From assembly GCF_009914755.1 (NCBI RefSeq), contig NC_060928.1: DNA of 64,000 nucleotides; one strand, written 5' to 3'. Below, piece by piece: positions 40,586 to 54,530 of the stretch. The notes below the pieces were generated by a model, which did no database searches, was not told the DNA's origin, and saw nothing but the letters and a program-made list of their open reading frames with translations. A program made the position numbers and the translations under genes. Positions within the stretch are counted from its first letter, which is position 1, and each line of letters starts with the position of its first letter. This stretch comes from the human T2T-CHM13v2.0 reference genome, Homo sapiens.

Positions 40586-41714
40586 TAAAAATCCTCCTTT
40601 TCCTTTTATTTGATAAATCATGCATTCATTTATTCTGCCATTAAAACATACTTGTTGACTGATGCCTATACCCTTCTTAATTCATTTTCAGCAAATATAC
40701 GCAAAGCACTAAGAAAATAATGTTTAAACCTAGATTATCTAGATTGACCATTTCAATTGATCAAACTATTTGTCAAAATTTTCTTCCTAAATATTTTACA
40801 AATGGCAGCTGTTTTACTAACCTCCTCAAAGAAAACATGTACTGAGCAGTAATTCAAGATCTGGGTACACAGCAGTAAATAAGACACCTTCACTGAGCTC
40901 AGTCAGTCGAAGGAGATCAATGTTAGACAAACTATTACAAATGTTGTGAGCACTGTAAGATGCGAAGGTTGAAATTCTAAAGCAATGGAGAAATGAGTGT
41001 GATATATTGTATTGGGAAGAGGAGACTGGAAAGTGTGTTTGAAAAACTGTATTCCCCTTGCAGGAAGAAACAGCGGGTTTCCTTTCTCTTTTATGAGATC
41101 TAGGGAAGAAAGAATAAGTTGTTCCTTTAAACAGAAAAAAGGTAGCAATTTGTATTCTAAACTATGCAAATGGACAAAAATTGATCAATTAAGCCGTCTT
41201 TCCCTGCTTTCTCTACCACATCCCCAAAATACACACAATCCTCAAATCTAAGATCTAGATTATTTATATTAGCCATTTTTATTGATCAAAGTGCTTGGCA
41301 AAGCTCTTCTTCCCTAAGCGTTGTATAAATAATCACTATGTACTGACATCCTCAAGGCAAATAAAGCATATCAAATATTAATCTTAAAATCAATTTGTTG
41401 GAAACTAGTGATTTATTTATTGAATAGAGCATGGATTGAATGGACATTTATAAATAGTCTCTATCAGAAATAGAACAGGACTAAATACTATTTACATAAA
41501 ACATTTTGAAATTCACCCACTAAAAGCATATTAGTCTCCCCTCTGAACCCTCTCCACCACTACACCAAAGGCAAAGCTTCAGTAGTGCCCTATTAAGGAT
41601 CTTTCAATTTTATATATTAAGGGACATTTGGCTATCAGTTTCTGATAGTCTTTATCATGTTAAGGAAGATTTTTGCCTGTAGTTAAGCTGTTTAATAAGT
41701 CAGAGAAGTAACGA

Positions 41715-41838
41715 GACAGCATAGTGGTAAAAAGCTTAGACTCTGGGGTCGATCAGTACAGATTAGAATTGAAGCTCTGAAAATTTCTAGCTTTGTAGTC
41801 TTGAGTCAGTTACTTTAACCTCTCTTAGCTTCAGTGTC
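41715..41838 (+). mobile_element. MIR 5' part
   Basis: 'agcatagtggtaaaaagcttagactctggggtc...cttgagtcagttactttaacctctct..cttcagt'. Confidence 0.7.
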
Positions 41839-44344
41839 CAGCAGGTGTCAAAACGAGTGTGTCTCTGCCACAGACATGATATTAACTGCGACGTCTTTGG
41901 TTGCTCTTTGACTTGGGTTCACGGGGCCAGGGGTGAAGTGGCAGGTGAATCTTTTCAAAGCTGTTAAATGTCTGCACGTGGAAATCTTTCCCAGGGTCTC
42001 TAGAACTTGTGATAAAACAGTTTTTTGCTTTTATGGGAGATAAACTGACTTAGTCTCTGTAACTTAGGTGAGAGATCATATATGAATCCCTTTTGACACC
42101 CTTCTCTTTTTTATTTCACCCCCTATATACACACATTCACATACTAATGTTTTTAAATTTGTATGATTAATTAATAGAAATGCCAAGAAATTTAGAATCC
42201 TAAGGAAATAAATAGAAAAATGAGTTTCTGGCCCAAAGCTTTGTTATCCCTCTGTAAAATTAGCATCAAAGTCAGGATTGATGGGGGATATGTTACTGAT
42301 AACTGCTTCACCCATTTGTGCTTTCCCCTAGTAGGGTAACTTTACAGAATTGTGATTTCCAAGAAGTCTTTTGTTCTTTATATCACCAAACTGTTGTTTT
42401 CTTTCTCCTACTCCCTCTCTCTGTTCCACGAGTACATTATTGATATACCATGATTCTAACCCAAGTGAACACATTTTCAAACCCGCATACCTTTGTTATA
42501 TCCACCTCCCTTGGTTCTAGAAATCTGCCACTATAGACTTAACATTGTGGAATAAAGACTTCTAATCCTTTTGGCATGTACAACAGGGTGTTATGTATAT
42601 GTCCTCTTACATTATAAGAAACATCAATGTAACTTAAATATTTGCTGTTTCCTAGAAATGCTATTTATGTTCTTATTTTCCAATGTTATTATTCTTATTC
42701 TCTTACTGTTGGTGTGTTTAATAGAATTTATATGCAAGTACACTAAAGCCAAAAATCCAATTTTTCTCTGAGCACACACAAATAGCAAAATTTTCTTTGT
42801 TCATTTGATTTAAAAGCAATACATAAGTCCATTATCAGAGAAAGAGTATTCTCAAAAAATAACTTTAAAAATGATAAAGGAAACGAATACACCACTTGTT
42901 TCAGTCGGTTAAACAATGAATTCATGTTTGATTGTGGCGCGTTCAAATTTTTAAGACTCAGCACCAAACTACACAGGCTATTTCTAAATTACTGGTCCTT
43001 CCCAAAACAGAGCCCGTCTAACAGAAGCAGTGCTGGTTGTTATAAGATACTTGAAATCCTCCCTTCTTTTTTAGAAATTGTGAATCAGCATCCACCGAAT
43101 AGATACAATGACTCCACTGGTATGAGTGACCCCTAAAGAAGGCATCCTGAGGGGTTCAAGTCCCAAGTCCCTATTTCGTGACTTTTAATCTCTTTTTATG
43201 AACATCAATCATTTTCTCTCCTCTAACTTTCTCTCTCCTGAGGGAAATAAAGATGTTTGAATAGCCACAAACAAAAATATGTAGAGGGAACAAAACTAAT
43301 TGTTCCTTAAACTTGAAAAAGCACAAACAACTAGATATAACATTTTAAATATCATCTTTATAAGACCTTCTTTATTTAATAATATATGCCTCAAATTCTA
43401 TAATCTGTAGTAATTGTGACTGATACCAATGTTTAACCCAAGTGAATCATAATTGTATTAACTAAGCTTCTGTAACTGTTTCAATAAAACTCTGCATAAA
43501 AGATTAGCAGGCACTGCCAAATATTTATACTCTGCAGTTATTCCTGGTAAGGAGCGCTGTTCAATCAGTGGGATTAAATTTAACAATGTTTACCTGTGTG
43601 TAAGCCTCCGGTGACTAATGCAGACTGCAGTCTGAGAATCTTGAGCAATGCATACTTTATGGCGACTACATTTCATCTTTAAGCATGGATCCTTAGCTGG
43701 ATCTAAAGCTAAAAAAATTGCAAAGAAAATATTAAAATAAGCTTCTGTAAAATGGAGGTATCAAATCCCATCAAACACAATTTGATCAGGTCATTTACAT
43801 AATGCTTAATTGTAAACTTTCTTCACATTCTTTCTCTATTAAGAGAAACTTCTGCTTCTACCCACATAACTCAGAGTTAACAGCTAGCTGTAGTTGTCTC
43901 ATCCACTCTATTCAGAAGCTAAGATGCACATATGCCTATGATCAGACAATGTGTTATCAAAATAGAAACTTTAAGACTCAAACTCTCTGTAGTTGCTACT
44001 GCCTTCTAAGCAGCAAAGGTGGTGAAATAGAGTATGTTACTGAAGTATTTTATGACAGTGGAAAACTGCAATCTATACCCTTGCTTTCCCGAGATAAATG
44101 CTGGTGGGTCAATAAAAGGGACAAAATGAACAAACAAAAATGTCAGTGGACATTAATGGATATCTTTGGCTATCCAAAAATAGTCTAGAGCTGTATTTGG
44201 AGACTGGATGAATATATCATAGTAAGAACTGAGATTCTGCATTTTCATTTTTACATCATTTGTGCATAATATTTGGACCACCATTTCTTCAAACAAACCT
44301 GTCTTGATGGCTGTCAACAAAAAGGCTATGTGAAATGTCGACGG

Positions 44345-44830
44345 TTTCATTTTATAACATCTTTATTTATATGTAATTCACATACTACACAATTTGGGCA
44401 GTTAAGTTTACAACCAATATTTTTCAGTATGTTTGCAATTATAAAATTATCACCACAATCAATATTAGAAGAATTTCATCACCAAAAATACCCAAACATA
44501 TCGTCTTGTTATCATTATCATCCCCTATTCCCTCTCCCCTCCAACTAGTATTAGGCAACTACTCATCTAATTTCCATCTCTAGAGATTTTCCTATTCTGG
44601 ACATTTTATATAAATTGAATGTTAAAATTTGTGGTGCTTTGTGCCTAGCTTCTTTCACTTGGAACAATGTTTCTGAAGTTCAATCATGTTGTACCATGAA
44701 TCACTACCTAATTCCTTTATATTGCTGAATATTATGCCATTTTACATATATACCACATTTTATTTATTCACTAGTAGATATGAATTTTGGTTGTTTCCAC
44801 TTTTTTGGCTATTGTAAATAATACTGCTAT
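44345..44830 (-). mobile_element. L1MB/ME 3' fragment
   Basis: 'cctattctggacattttatataaat...cttctttcacttg...atataccacattttatttattca...gctattgtaaataatactgctat'. Confidence 0.85.
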
Positions 44831-45165
44831 TGGTGATCGTTCATGGTTAATCCCAGTGACACTTTGTTGTAATTTATTGTTGGGGGCAGACCAGAGGAGG
44901 AGTTGGTACAAATAAACAAAAGGCACTGAGTGTCCAGATTTGGTACATGCCAAAAGTGAGAGAAAGAAACAATGAAATATGGTAAACAAAAAATTCTAGT
45001 GCACAAAGAGAAATAAAACCAGAAAAATGTGCATTTGGAATATGCAGAAGTATTTGGAAGGGTTCCAGGCTGACCAGCGGAAATAAAATGTGGATTTGAG
45101 ATAATCTTTGAGGGTAACTCAAGCTGATTCTTAAGCATATTTAGTCAATAGCCTAAATAAAGTGA

Positions 45166-45528
<363 letters not shown>

Positions 45529-47399
45529 TAAGCTATAATATATATGCACATATATCTTACTGATTTCAAATATATAAAGTATATTTCTGCAAAACTCTTG
45601 TTAGAGATTTTACATAACCATGAGATTTAAAATAAAGAATGTTAACACATATCATTGGTGACATTTTAACTAACAGACATTTTATATTATTCCATGCTAA
45701 AGTGGTCAAGACATTAAATGCATCTATTTGGAAGATAAATGTTTCAATTTTCTCCATACTAAGATAATTTTTTAAATAAGTAATGATTAGATTAATTATA
45801 GCTTTCCTTGTTTGGTCAGTAGCTTTAATAATGAAAATAAACTATATTAATTTTTCATTGTCTATAACATGTTAAATATACTTTGTTCACTATGCAAATG
45901 TAAATTGCTACAACATTCTTTTCAGACTATCACAGTTTGAATCATCATTAGGTAAAAAAAAGCTGTCTTCGAAATACTGCACTACAAAAGTGTATGACTT
46001 CTTGTTGGACAACATAAAAGAAAAAAACACACTATAACTTAGAAGACATTAAAAGTGTTTTGAGCTATTTCTAATGTTTAGCCTATGTTGATGTCTAATT
46101 ACTAAAATCACTTTTTAAAATTCATTAAACAATTCTGCCTAACAATTAAATAATGTACTGCCTCTGTACTATATGTACATATATGTCATATACTCCTTTT
46201 GAGTATATTTAATCTTGGACTTATGTTCTGAAAAAGGAGTGTTTTCATTTTGAAATAAAACACTATAGTACATATAAAATTTTGATTAATCTAGTTACGA
46301 TTCCAATGCAGACTGGTATGATTATAGCTGTTTTTTTCTTTACCTTATAAAATCTGCATTCTATAATTTCCAAAAGTTCTGTCACACAGTTTTGTCATGT
46401 ATGCTCAAGAAAATGGAACTCAAAAATTGATATACAGTGAAAATAGAACAAATTTAACACATGAAAAATAATGTAATGAGTTTTACATAGGATTTTATGT
46501 AAATGACCAAATAAGAGAGGAGCAGTATTTGTCAGGAGATGGAAAATATAGGAGAAAATAAATATAAAGAATCAGATACATAGCATGTACAATAACAAAA
46601 AGACCACTTTCTGTGCATGAGATTTTAACCATCTGTATTTTTTAGTAGAACTCACATTGTTGGCAGCTTAAAAAATACAAAACATTACACACTGTAAATA
46701 CAGATGCCTAAGATTTTATTCTTGAAACCACAACAATAACACAACAAATTTCTCTTGGCTGAAGTCCACGGATTAGAATCAATCCTCTGCCTTAAAGGGA
46801 CCTGGCATAAATTCATCATCTCCCTCTGTTGTGTTCTTCTTTCCGTCTTGTTTTCCATTTAGCGTCTCCTCTTCTGTTCCGCATGATTGTATTTAGTTTT
46901 CTCTCCAGCAACCAGTCAAACTACCTCTAGAAAGATTTCAGCAATTGCATTTGACTTCACTTGGCTATATTCTTTTCTTCATCCTAATCTCTAATAAACT
47001 TTCTGGTCAGTGTAAACTAACCTGGGTACCTGACAAGTAAGTTTTTTTTGGTTGTGTTTCAGAAAACACCATCTGTATTTTAAACAACTGCCATATAATG
47101 TATCCTTTGAGCGTCATTACATTCGCAGTGTAGGATCTCCCTCAATCTTTTGCCAGAATACTTGTTTTTTAGTCCAGAATTTTTCCCAGTTACTTCCAGA
47201 CAAAGCCCTGGGCTTCATTCACATTTGTTTTTGGTCTCACCTACCCTTGCTGCCTCAGGCATTCCCACCATTATGGGCTGGATGAGGCCTGATTCTTCCT
47301 AGTTTATGCTAGGACAGATATCGTACAAGAATTGTATCTTGTCTCCAGCAGACTCAACATTTTTGTTGGCAGAGATGTATAAATAGTTATTAATAATTA

Positions 47400-48290
47400 G
47401 AATACATTGTTAAGTGGAACTTACATAACAATATATAATATGCATACACAGAGAGACAGAGAGATCACATGATGGTGAATGGGAGAAAACTAGAATGAGC
47501 GACACCTTAGGTAAGTTTTACAAGAATATAGGACCCACCAAGTGCACAAAATGAAGCTCCAGTATAAGTAGATGGAATAAATAGCAAAAATGTAGAAAAA
47601 GGATGCCCTACTCATGGAATGGCAGATAGTTCAGGACCAGTGAAATATAAAATGCTCATATCGCCTGTGAGTATCGTGGAAAACACTGAACAGGGAGATG
47701 GAAGCTTCTTAGCCTTCCAGAGTTTTATCGTTTTGGTAATGTCATGGCCTGGCATGATTTTAGGTAGAAGAGTGGCATGATTATTTATTGCAGAAAGACC
47801 ACACACAAGAATTTGGAGATGGTTTGAAGTGTGTGTGATTAAGACAGGGATATTAACCAGCTGTATGAGAGAGAAAGAATAAGAACCTGATCTAAGATAA
47901 ATGGGTGTGAAGATGGAGAAGAGGGGATGCATTTCAAAAAGGACACTGATTCAATAGGGTCTAATTATTAATATAATAGAAGGGGGAAATTGGTCGAAAT
48001 AAAAGAAATGGTGTTTGGTGGCACCACTGAACAATAAATAAGATATTTGGTGGTGAGAAAAAAAATACAGCAAGTTTAGTTGTGAGAAGTTAAGGTGATG
48101 ACCTTATCTTTCATATTAGTGAAATGCCTGTGGTGACATCCAGATACTAATACTCAGCTGTCACCTAGATATTCGGATCTTGTATTCCAAGGAGAGGTTA
48201 GGGGAAAGATGTCCCTCCAGCAGTCATCTCAAAGAATGTACGTTAGAAACATAATCAGTCTTGTAATCTAGTTAGATTTTTAGGATGTTC
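47400..48290 (-). mobile_element. L2 LINE remnant
   Basis: Purine-rich antisense L2 motifs ('atggagaagaggggatgcatttc', 'gaaatgcctgtggtgacatcca', 'ggagaggttagggg'); boundaries approximate. Confidence 0.6.
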
Positions 48291-48309
48291 AGCTTGATGA
48301 CATATTTAA

Positions 48310-48761
<452 letters not shown>

Positions 48762-48957
48762 TGGACAATGATTTTCTTGGAGTCATCAACTTCTTGCCCA
48801 TCGCCTTAATATTTTGAGAACAGGGATGCAGAAACCATTAAAAAAAAACAGTACTCAAAATCCTTTTATATACTTTGTGCAAACCCTCTACTCTGGATGA
48901 GAAATGATTGGAAAGCTCTTAAACCTTAGAATTTCAATGTCCTTTAAAATACTGACT

Positions 48958-49297
48958 TACAATCACAAAACCCAAAAACCTCTGATAATTGAAAGGTCTT
49001 TGTTTTTGTTGTTGTTGTTGTCGGGGACTTGCAAATACTTGTGAAAATCTCATTTGATAAAGAAAAGGATACTGTGAATTAATGTAAATTAATTTATGAT
49101 TTTAAGTCAATTTAGCATTTAGCTTCAAAAGGACTACTATTTTTAATTGCAGGGTGGTATGCTGCAGAATTATAATTTTTTTTACAGGGTATACATATAG
49201 TTGCATGCATTATATGATACACAAATCATATTGATTTTTTACAATATGAAAATTTCAAAATTCTATACACATCCGTTCTAAGCATTTGGATGGGATA
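48958..49297. mobile_element. TcMar-Tigger relic (Tigger4/MER46-like), followed by antisense MIR at ~49300-49540
   Basis: End 'aaaattctatacacatccgttctaagcatttggatgggata' resembles the MER46/Tigger4 terminus. Confidence 0.45.
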
Positions 49298-50452
49298 TTT
49301 TATGAGCATTCAATTATTGCAATTTATTCAGTATCTGCTCTGTGCCAGTATAGTTCTTTTTTGTTTATGTGTAAAATATCCTTAAAACCATTTTCTGAAA
49401 CATGTTAGCATCTCAGTTTTAGATATCAGAAAATTATAGATCAAATACAATGTTTATCCTAGGATGTATAACTAGCAATTAGTAGAACCAGGTTTCAAAC
49501 CCAAGCCCTTGGAATTACAAAACCTGAATAATTTGCCACTGAAGAATCCCGTTTCCTGAGCTTTCGGTGAGATTCAGAGTAGCTGAAACAATGTCCTGTG
49601 ATCAGCTGACCTTTATATTCTCTATAACAGAATAAAAAGTTAAAACTTTTGCTGAAATAATATTCATATATAATATCTAGTAAGACAAGCAGAAAAGACT
49701 GTAAGATTGACTATTACCAGAGTATTTGTCTAGTTTTGATTCTGAGAGTTCATTCTTATGCTTACATATGTTACTTTCTCTCTAATAAGTCAGTTCCATA
49801 TGCAATTGCTTGGAACCTAATACTGTATTCCGATAATTCGCCTACCCAGAAAATCATTCAACAATGCCTAAAAGCCATCTATTTAATCTGATCTTTACAT
49901 TTCATATGAAAGCACTATCATTTTAATGCAAAATACAGACTTTTTGGGGAAACCTTTAACTATTTGATCTGTTCATTAATTTTTCACTATTTTTAAAATA
50001 TTCATCATATGTTCTATTTTAATTCCGCCTCTTTTCCCAGGCATATTTCTAGCTACGGGTATTGTTTCCTCATACCTGTTGCTACTACAGCACTGCTTCT
50101 CTCACATACTCTTTATCCCTCGCAACTCAAAACTCTCAGGTGCCACTTTGCTCTTTCATCACAGCATGGCCACGTCCAAGGATTCTTTGGGTAAATATGC
50201 TGTCATTCTTTTCTATAGAGATTCCTTTCCATGGAGATGTACTTAAGGGAAGTTTTTGTTGTTGTTATCACTAGAATTCATAAGCCTGTTCTCCATCACC
50301 AGAGCCTTCTTCCAAGGAGTACATATATCCCTGCATTCACCTTGAAGCCTTATTTTTCAGTTCTCAGAAATGTGTGAATTTAATGGAGCTCAAGGAAACA
50401 TTAATACCCTGGCTTCTGGCTCTATTCTTCTGTGGCTAACACAGTATATATA

Positions 50453-50772
50453 CAGTCATCCTTTTGTATCTGTAGAGTATTGGTTCCAGGACCCCAGAGG
50501 GTACCAAAATCCGCAGATACTCAAGACCCTTATATAAAATGGTGTAGTAGTTCCAAATAATCTACACACATCCTCTTGTACAGTTTAAGTAATCCCTAGA
50601 TTATTCATAATGCCTAATACAATGTAAATGCTATAAAATAGTTGGTATACTATATTTATTTTATCAGTATTTTAATTGTTATATTGCTATTTTAATTTTT
50701 TTTTCAAATATTTTTGGTCCGTGGCTGCTTGAATCCACAGATGTGGAGACTGCCTATTCTGAGGGCCAGTTG
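50453..50772 (+). mobile_element. MER2 (TcMar-Tigger MITE)
   Basis: TA|CAGTCATCC...GAGGGCCAGTTG|TA termini; 'ggttccaggacccc..taccaaaatccgcagatactcaag..ccttatataaaatgg'. Confidence 0.9.
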
Positions 50773-51864
50773 TAATCTGATTTAAGCAACATGTCAGTCC
50801 TTACTGCACTCTCCATAAAACCTTAACCATCTGGCTGCAAAGAAGTCAGTCACATTGTTCATAAAACAAGGTCATTGCCCTGTAGAAATCTAAAATGCCC
50901 TTTATTATAGCTGTAGAAAATCCTTTTCTTCTTCTGTGGCAAGAAAAGTATTGACTAGGCTTTATAACTTTAAAATGAAAAAGTTTAAATTTGTGACAAG
51001 CCTGCCTGTGTTCAATAGAACCTCTAAGAGCTTACTGATGATGCTTTTGTCAACAGCTTTTCCTCCTCTCGTGAGTGAAGGTGACAGGACAGTGTTTAAT
51101 TATGAATATTACCATTGGCCACAGTCTAATGATGCTAAGGTATTAGACCTTCTAAATATCACTCTATTTCAAAATTTTATTTTGTTTCAAGAGGATTTAT
51201 GAAAGAAATAAATTTTTCACATGTTTCTAAGTGTCAAAAGGAAAAAGAATAAAAGGTAATTCAGTGCTAATAAAATGTGCATAAGGTTCATGCAAATTGG
51301 TAAGGCTAAGAAGACACTTAATGAAAATAAGTTTTAAAACTATAAATATATTTATTTCTTGAGCTTGAGCAGTAGTAGCAGTCCATTAGTATTATAATAG
51401 CAAGTTTTACATCTAAAAATAACTTTTTATATACAGAGTTGAAGGTCTAAAAAAATGTACTAGATCATAAAGAATTTCAGGAAGATTAATATTCTATTGT
51501 AATGTTTTATATGTGATTCTTATACCATGTCGATCCTACTGTAATATAAATATATACTTAATTCTTATTTTCAAATATAGAATGATTAAGTCATATTAGG
51601 ACATTTATAATTCTTAGCAACATTATAAACTATATTACTAGAGGTAATATTAGCATGAAGCTATAAAAATTGTAGCATAAAAGGCTATGGTAGAGGATTT
51701 GAATATGTAAGTCTTACATATTTAGGGACCATATAATGATGTTATGCAGGCTTTTTAAGAAATTCTTTCTTCAAAAATGAATTCTCATTTTAGATAGTCA
51801 CATTTTTCTCTTTAACCAAGTAAACCTGTGCTTATATGCTGACTACTGTTTTCAAATGTCTTTT

Positions 51865-52285
51865 GTAAAATGTAGTACATGTATACCATGTAAGACTATA
51901 CAGCCATAAGAAAGAATGAAATCATGTCCTTTGCCGCAACATGGATACAGCTGGAGGCCATTATTCTAAGTGAAGTAACACAGAAACAGAAAATCAAATA
52001 CCACATATTCTTACTTACAAGTGGGAGCTAAACAAAGAGTACACATGGACCTAAAGATGGAAACAATAGACAGTGGGGACTCCAACAGCAAGAAGGGAGG
52101 GAAGCAGGGGAAGGACTGGAAAAACTACCTATTTAGTACTATGGTCACTATTTGAGTGATGGGTTCACTAGATGCTAAACCCCAGCATTACACAGTACAT
52201 CCATGTAATAACCTGCACATGTACCCCCAGAATCCATAACAATTAAAAAGAATAATACACCCCTAAAAAATTTTAAAAAATAAAA
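51865..52285 (+). mobile_element. L1PB (PB1-like) 3' end
   Basis: 'gaatgaaatcatgtcctttgccgcaacatgg...gtgggagctaaac...aaccccagcattac..taacctgcacatgtacccc'. Confidence 0.9.
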
Positions 52286-52599
52286 GGTCTTCAATTACTT
52301 TTTCTTTTGTATAACTAATATGCTTCATATCATATTTACATGATAATCTATTTATCCTTCAATAATGTCTGTCCCATATCCAGAAAAATTATAATTAAAA
52401 AATATTAACAAACATCCAACAACAACAAAATAACTTAAAAAAATACTAAACCATAGGCTAGGATCTGGCAATTTTAGTATGTATCCGAGGGCATTACCTG
52501 TTCTCTTGGGTAATGCAAAGAAAATGGGAACTAGATTTGGGAACTCTTTAAAGCTTGGATTCCTGAAGAGCTCCTTCTTTAATTAAATAAGAAAGCCCA

Positions 52600-54530
52600 G
52601 CAACTAACCAAAATAAACATAAAATTGCAAGTGTATCCAGACACTGGTTTAAAAAATAATTACCATGAAAGGATATAAAACTCCAAGTCTTTTTCCACAT
52701 TGGTGGTGAGGTTTTAATTTATATTACTTTCACGGTGTAAAAAAATTCAAGCTCATAATTTAACAAAATATTGGTGGAAACCAGTTACAAATTCTAAGGC
52801 TGTGAGAGAAACAAATGCAATTTCTGCAGCATCAGAATTTTTCACCAGCCAGTGCATACAGAACCCTCACAATACCAAAAAAAACAACAACAAAAATAAC
52901 AAAATAAACATAATGAAGAGGATCACACACACAAAATTGCAAACCACACCAGGAAACAAATAATCCAATCCACTCAAAAATCCAAATTTAATCCACTCAA
53001 AAACTAGCATATCAAGAAATCAAAATATTCTTGTAAAATCAGAAAGGGACAAAATATTAAGCATGTTTATATTAATTCATGTCATAAGAGAAAATATTTG
53101 ATTAAAGATATAAAATAAATATAGAAATATAAAAACAACATGATAATATGAAAAAAATTAAAACAGACCTTCTAGAAATTAAAAAGAACTAAAATTTAAA
53201 AAGTAGTTGCAGATTAACAACCCTAGCCTTCAGAGGAAATAATAGGGAGTTCTGAGTATAATTATTAAAATTTAACTACCAAAGCACATTATGCTGAAAC
53301 TGCAAAGAAATAAACAATAAGTGGGTGGGGGGAGTAAATTGAAAGCAACCAAAAGGAAAAAGCAGTTTGTTTTCAGGGAACAACCACAGACTAAGAGTGA
53401 ATTTACGAGTTAATGGCAAATCATGGCAAAACATGTGAAATCATATATTGCAGTGAGGAACAAATAATTATCAAATAAGAATTCCAGGCCAGACGTGGTG
53501 GCTCATACCTGTTATCCCAGCACTTTGGGAGGCTGAGGTGGGCAGATCACTTGAGCTCAAGAGTTTGAGGCTACCCTGGGCAATATGGAAAAACCCATCT
53601 CTACAAAAAGTACAAAAATTAGCTGGGTGTGGTGGCCATGCCTGTAGTCCCAGCTACTCAGAAAGCTGAGATGTGGAGAATCGCTTGAGCCCAGGAAGTT
53701 GAGGCTGCAGTAAGCCAAGGTCACGCCACTGCACTACAGTCTGGATGATACAGTGAGACTCTGTCTCAAAAAAAAAAAAAAAAAAAAATCCAGACACATC
53801 CATATTATTCTTTAAGATACATTTATGAAAAATATGTTCATAAAGATACATTCATAAAAAATTATTAAATGTATATATAGCACAATTTGTACATGTTGAA
53901 AGAACAACAAAAGGATATGCTTCAACAAATAGGAGGAAAGTATACCGACGGACCCAGAAGGAATAGTGAATTGCAAGAAGCGATGATGAGCAATAAACTG
54001 ATAAAATTTGATGATTTGAAATTAGTTATGTTAGTAAACACATTAATAGAAAAATGATTAATTTCCAGTGGGGGGGAGATAAAATGAGGTGAAACTCATT
54101 AAAAATAGTGAGGAAGTCGAATGTCAAAGATTTGTGACTAATGTGATCTAAAATCCCAGCACTCTTCAGAAGGGCAATGGAGCAAATTATTATATAGTTA
54201 CTTTCATCCAGTTTTGCTGGTGGTGCATGTAAACATTTAAAACAAATTACTCAAAGAAGAGCAAGAGATTTCATAACTTTTAAACTAGCACAAAGTAAAA
54301 TGATAAAAAGGAACTCAATTATATCAAAACTCACAATTGGTGAAACAGAAAAAAAAAGAGATAATCTTAGATTGGACTTATAAAAACCTCTTAAGGGTTC
54401 TTGAGAGCTGCACCTAAAATATAACACAAATTGAGTAAAAAATACAAAAAAAAATGCGGGAAAAGCTTACCTGGCAAGTACTAATCCAAAGGAAGGCAGT
54501 TATGGCAATATTCACATCACACAAAAATCC
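52600..54530 (+). mobile_element. Highly decayed L1M body, interrupted by an Alu
   Basis: A-rich with L1 ORF1-type motifs ('ttctagaaattaaaa', 'gaaagcaaccaaaaggaaaaag', 'tcaaataagaattc'); boundaries very approximate. Confidence 0.5.
53487..53788 (+). mobile_element. Alu SINE (AluJ-like)
   Basis: Full dimer, 'gatcacttgagctc', 'cgcttgagcccagga', poly(A). Confidence 0.95.

Noticed and set aside
43802-44188. 128-aa ATG ORF in unique DNA
   Set aside because: No recognisable similarity or exon structure; this length is attainable by chance across six frames of 64 kb
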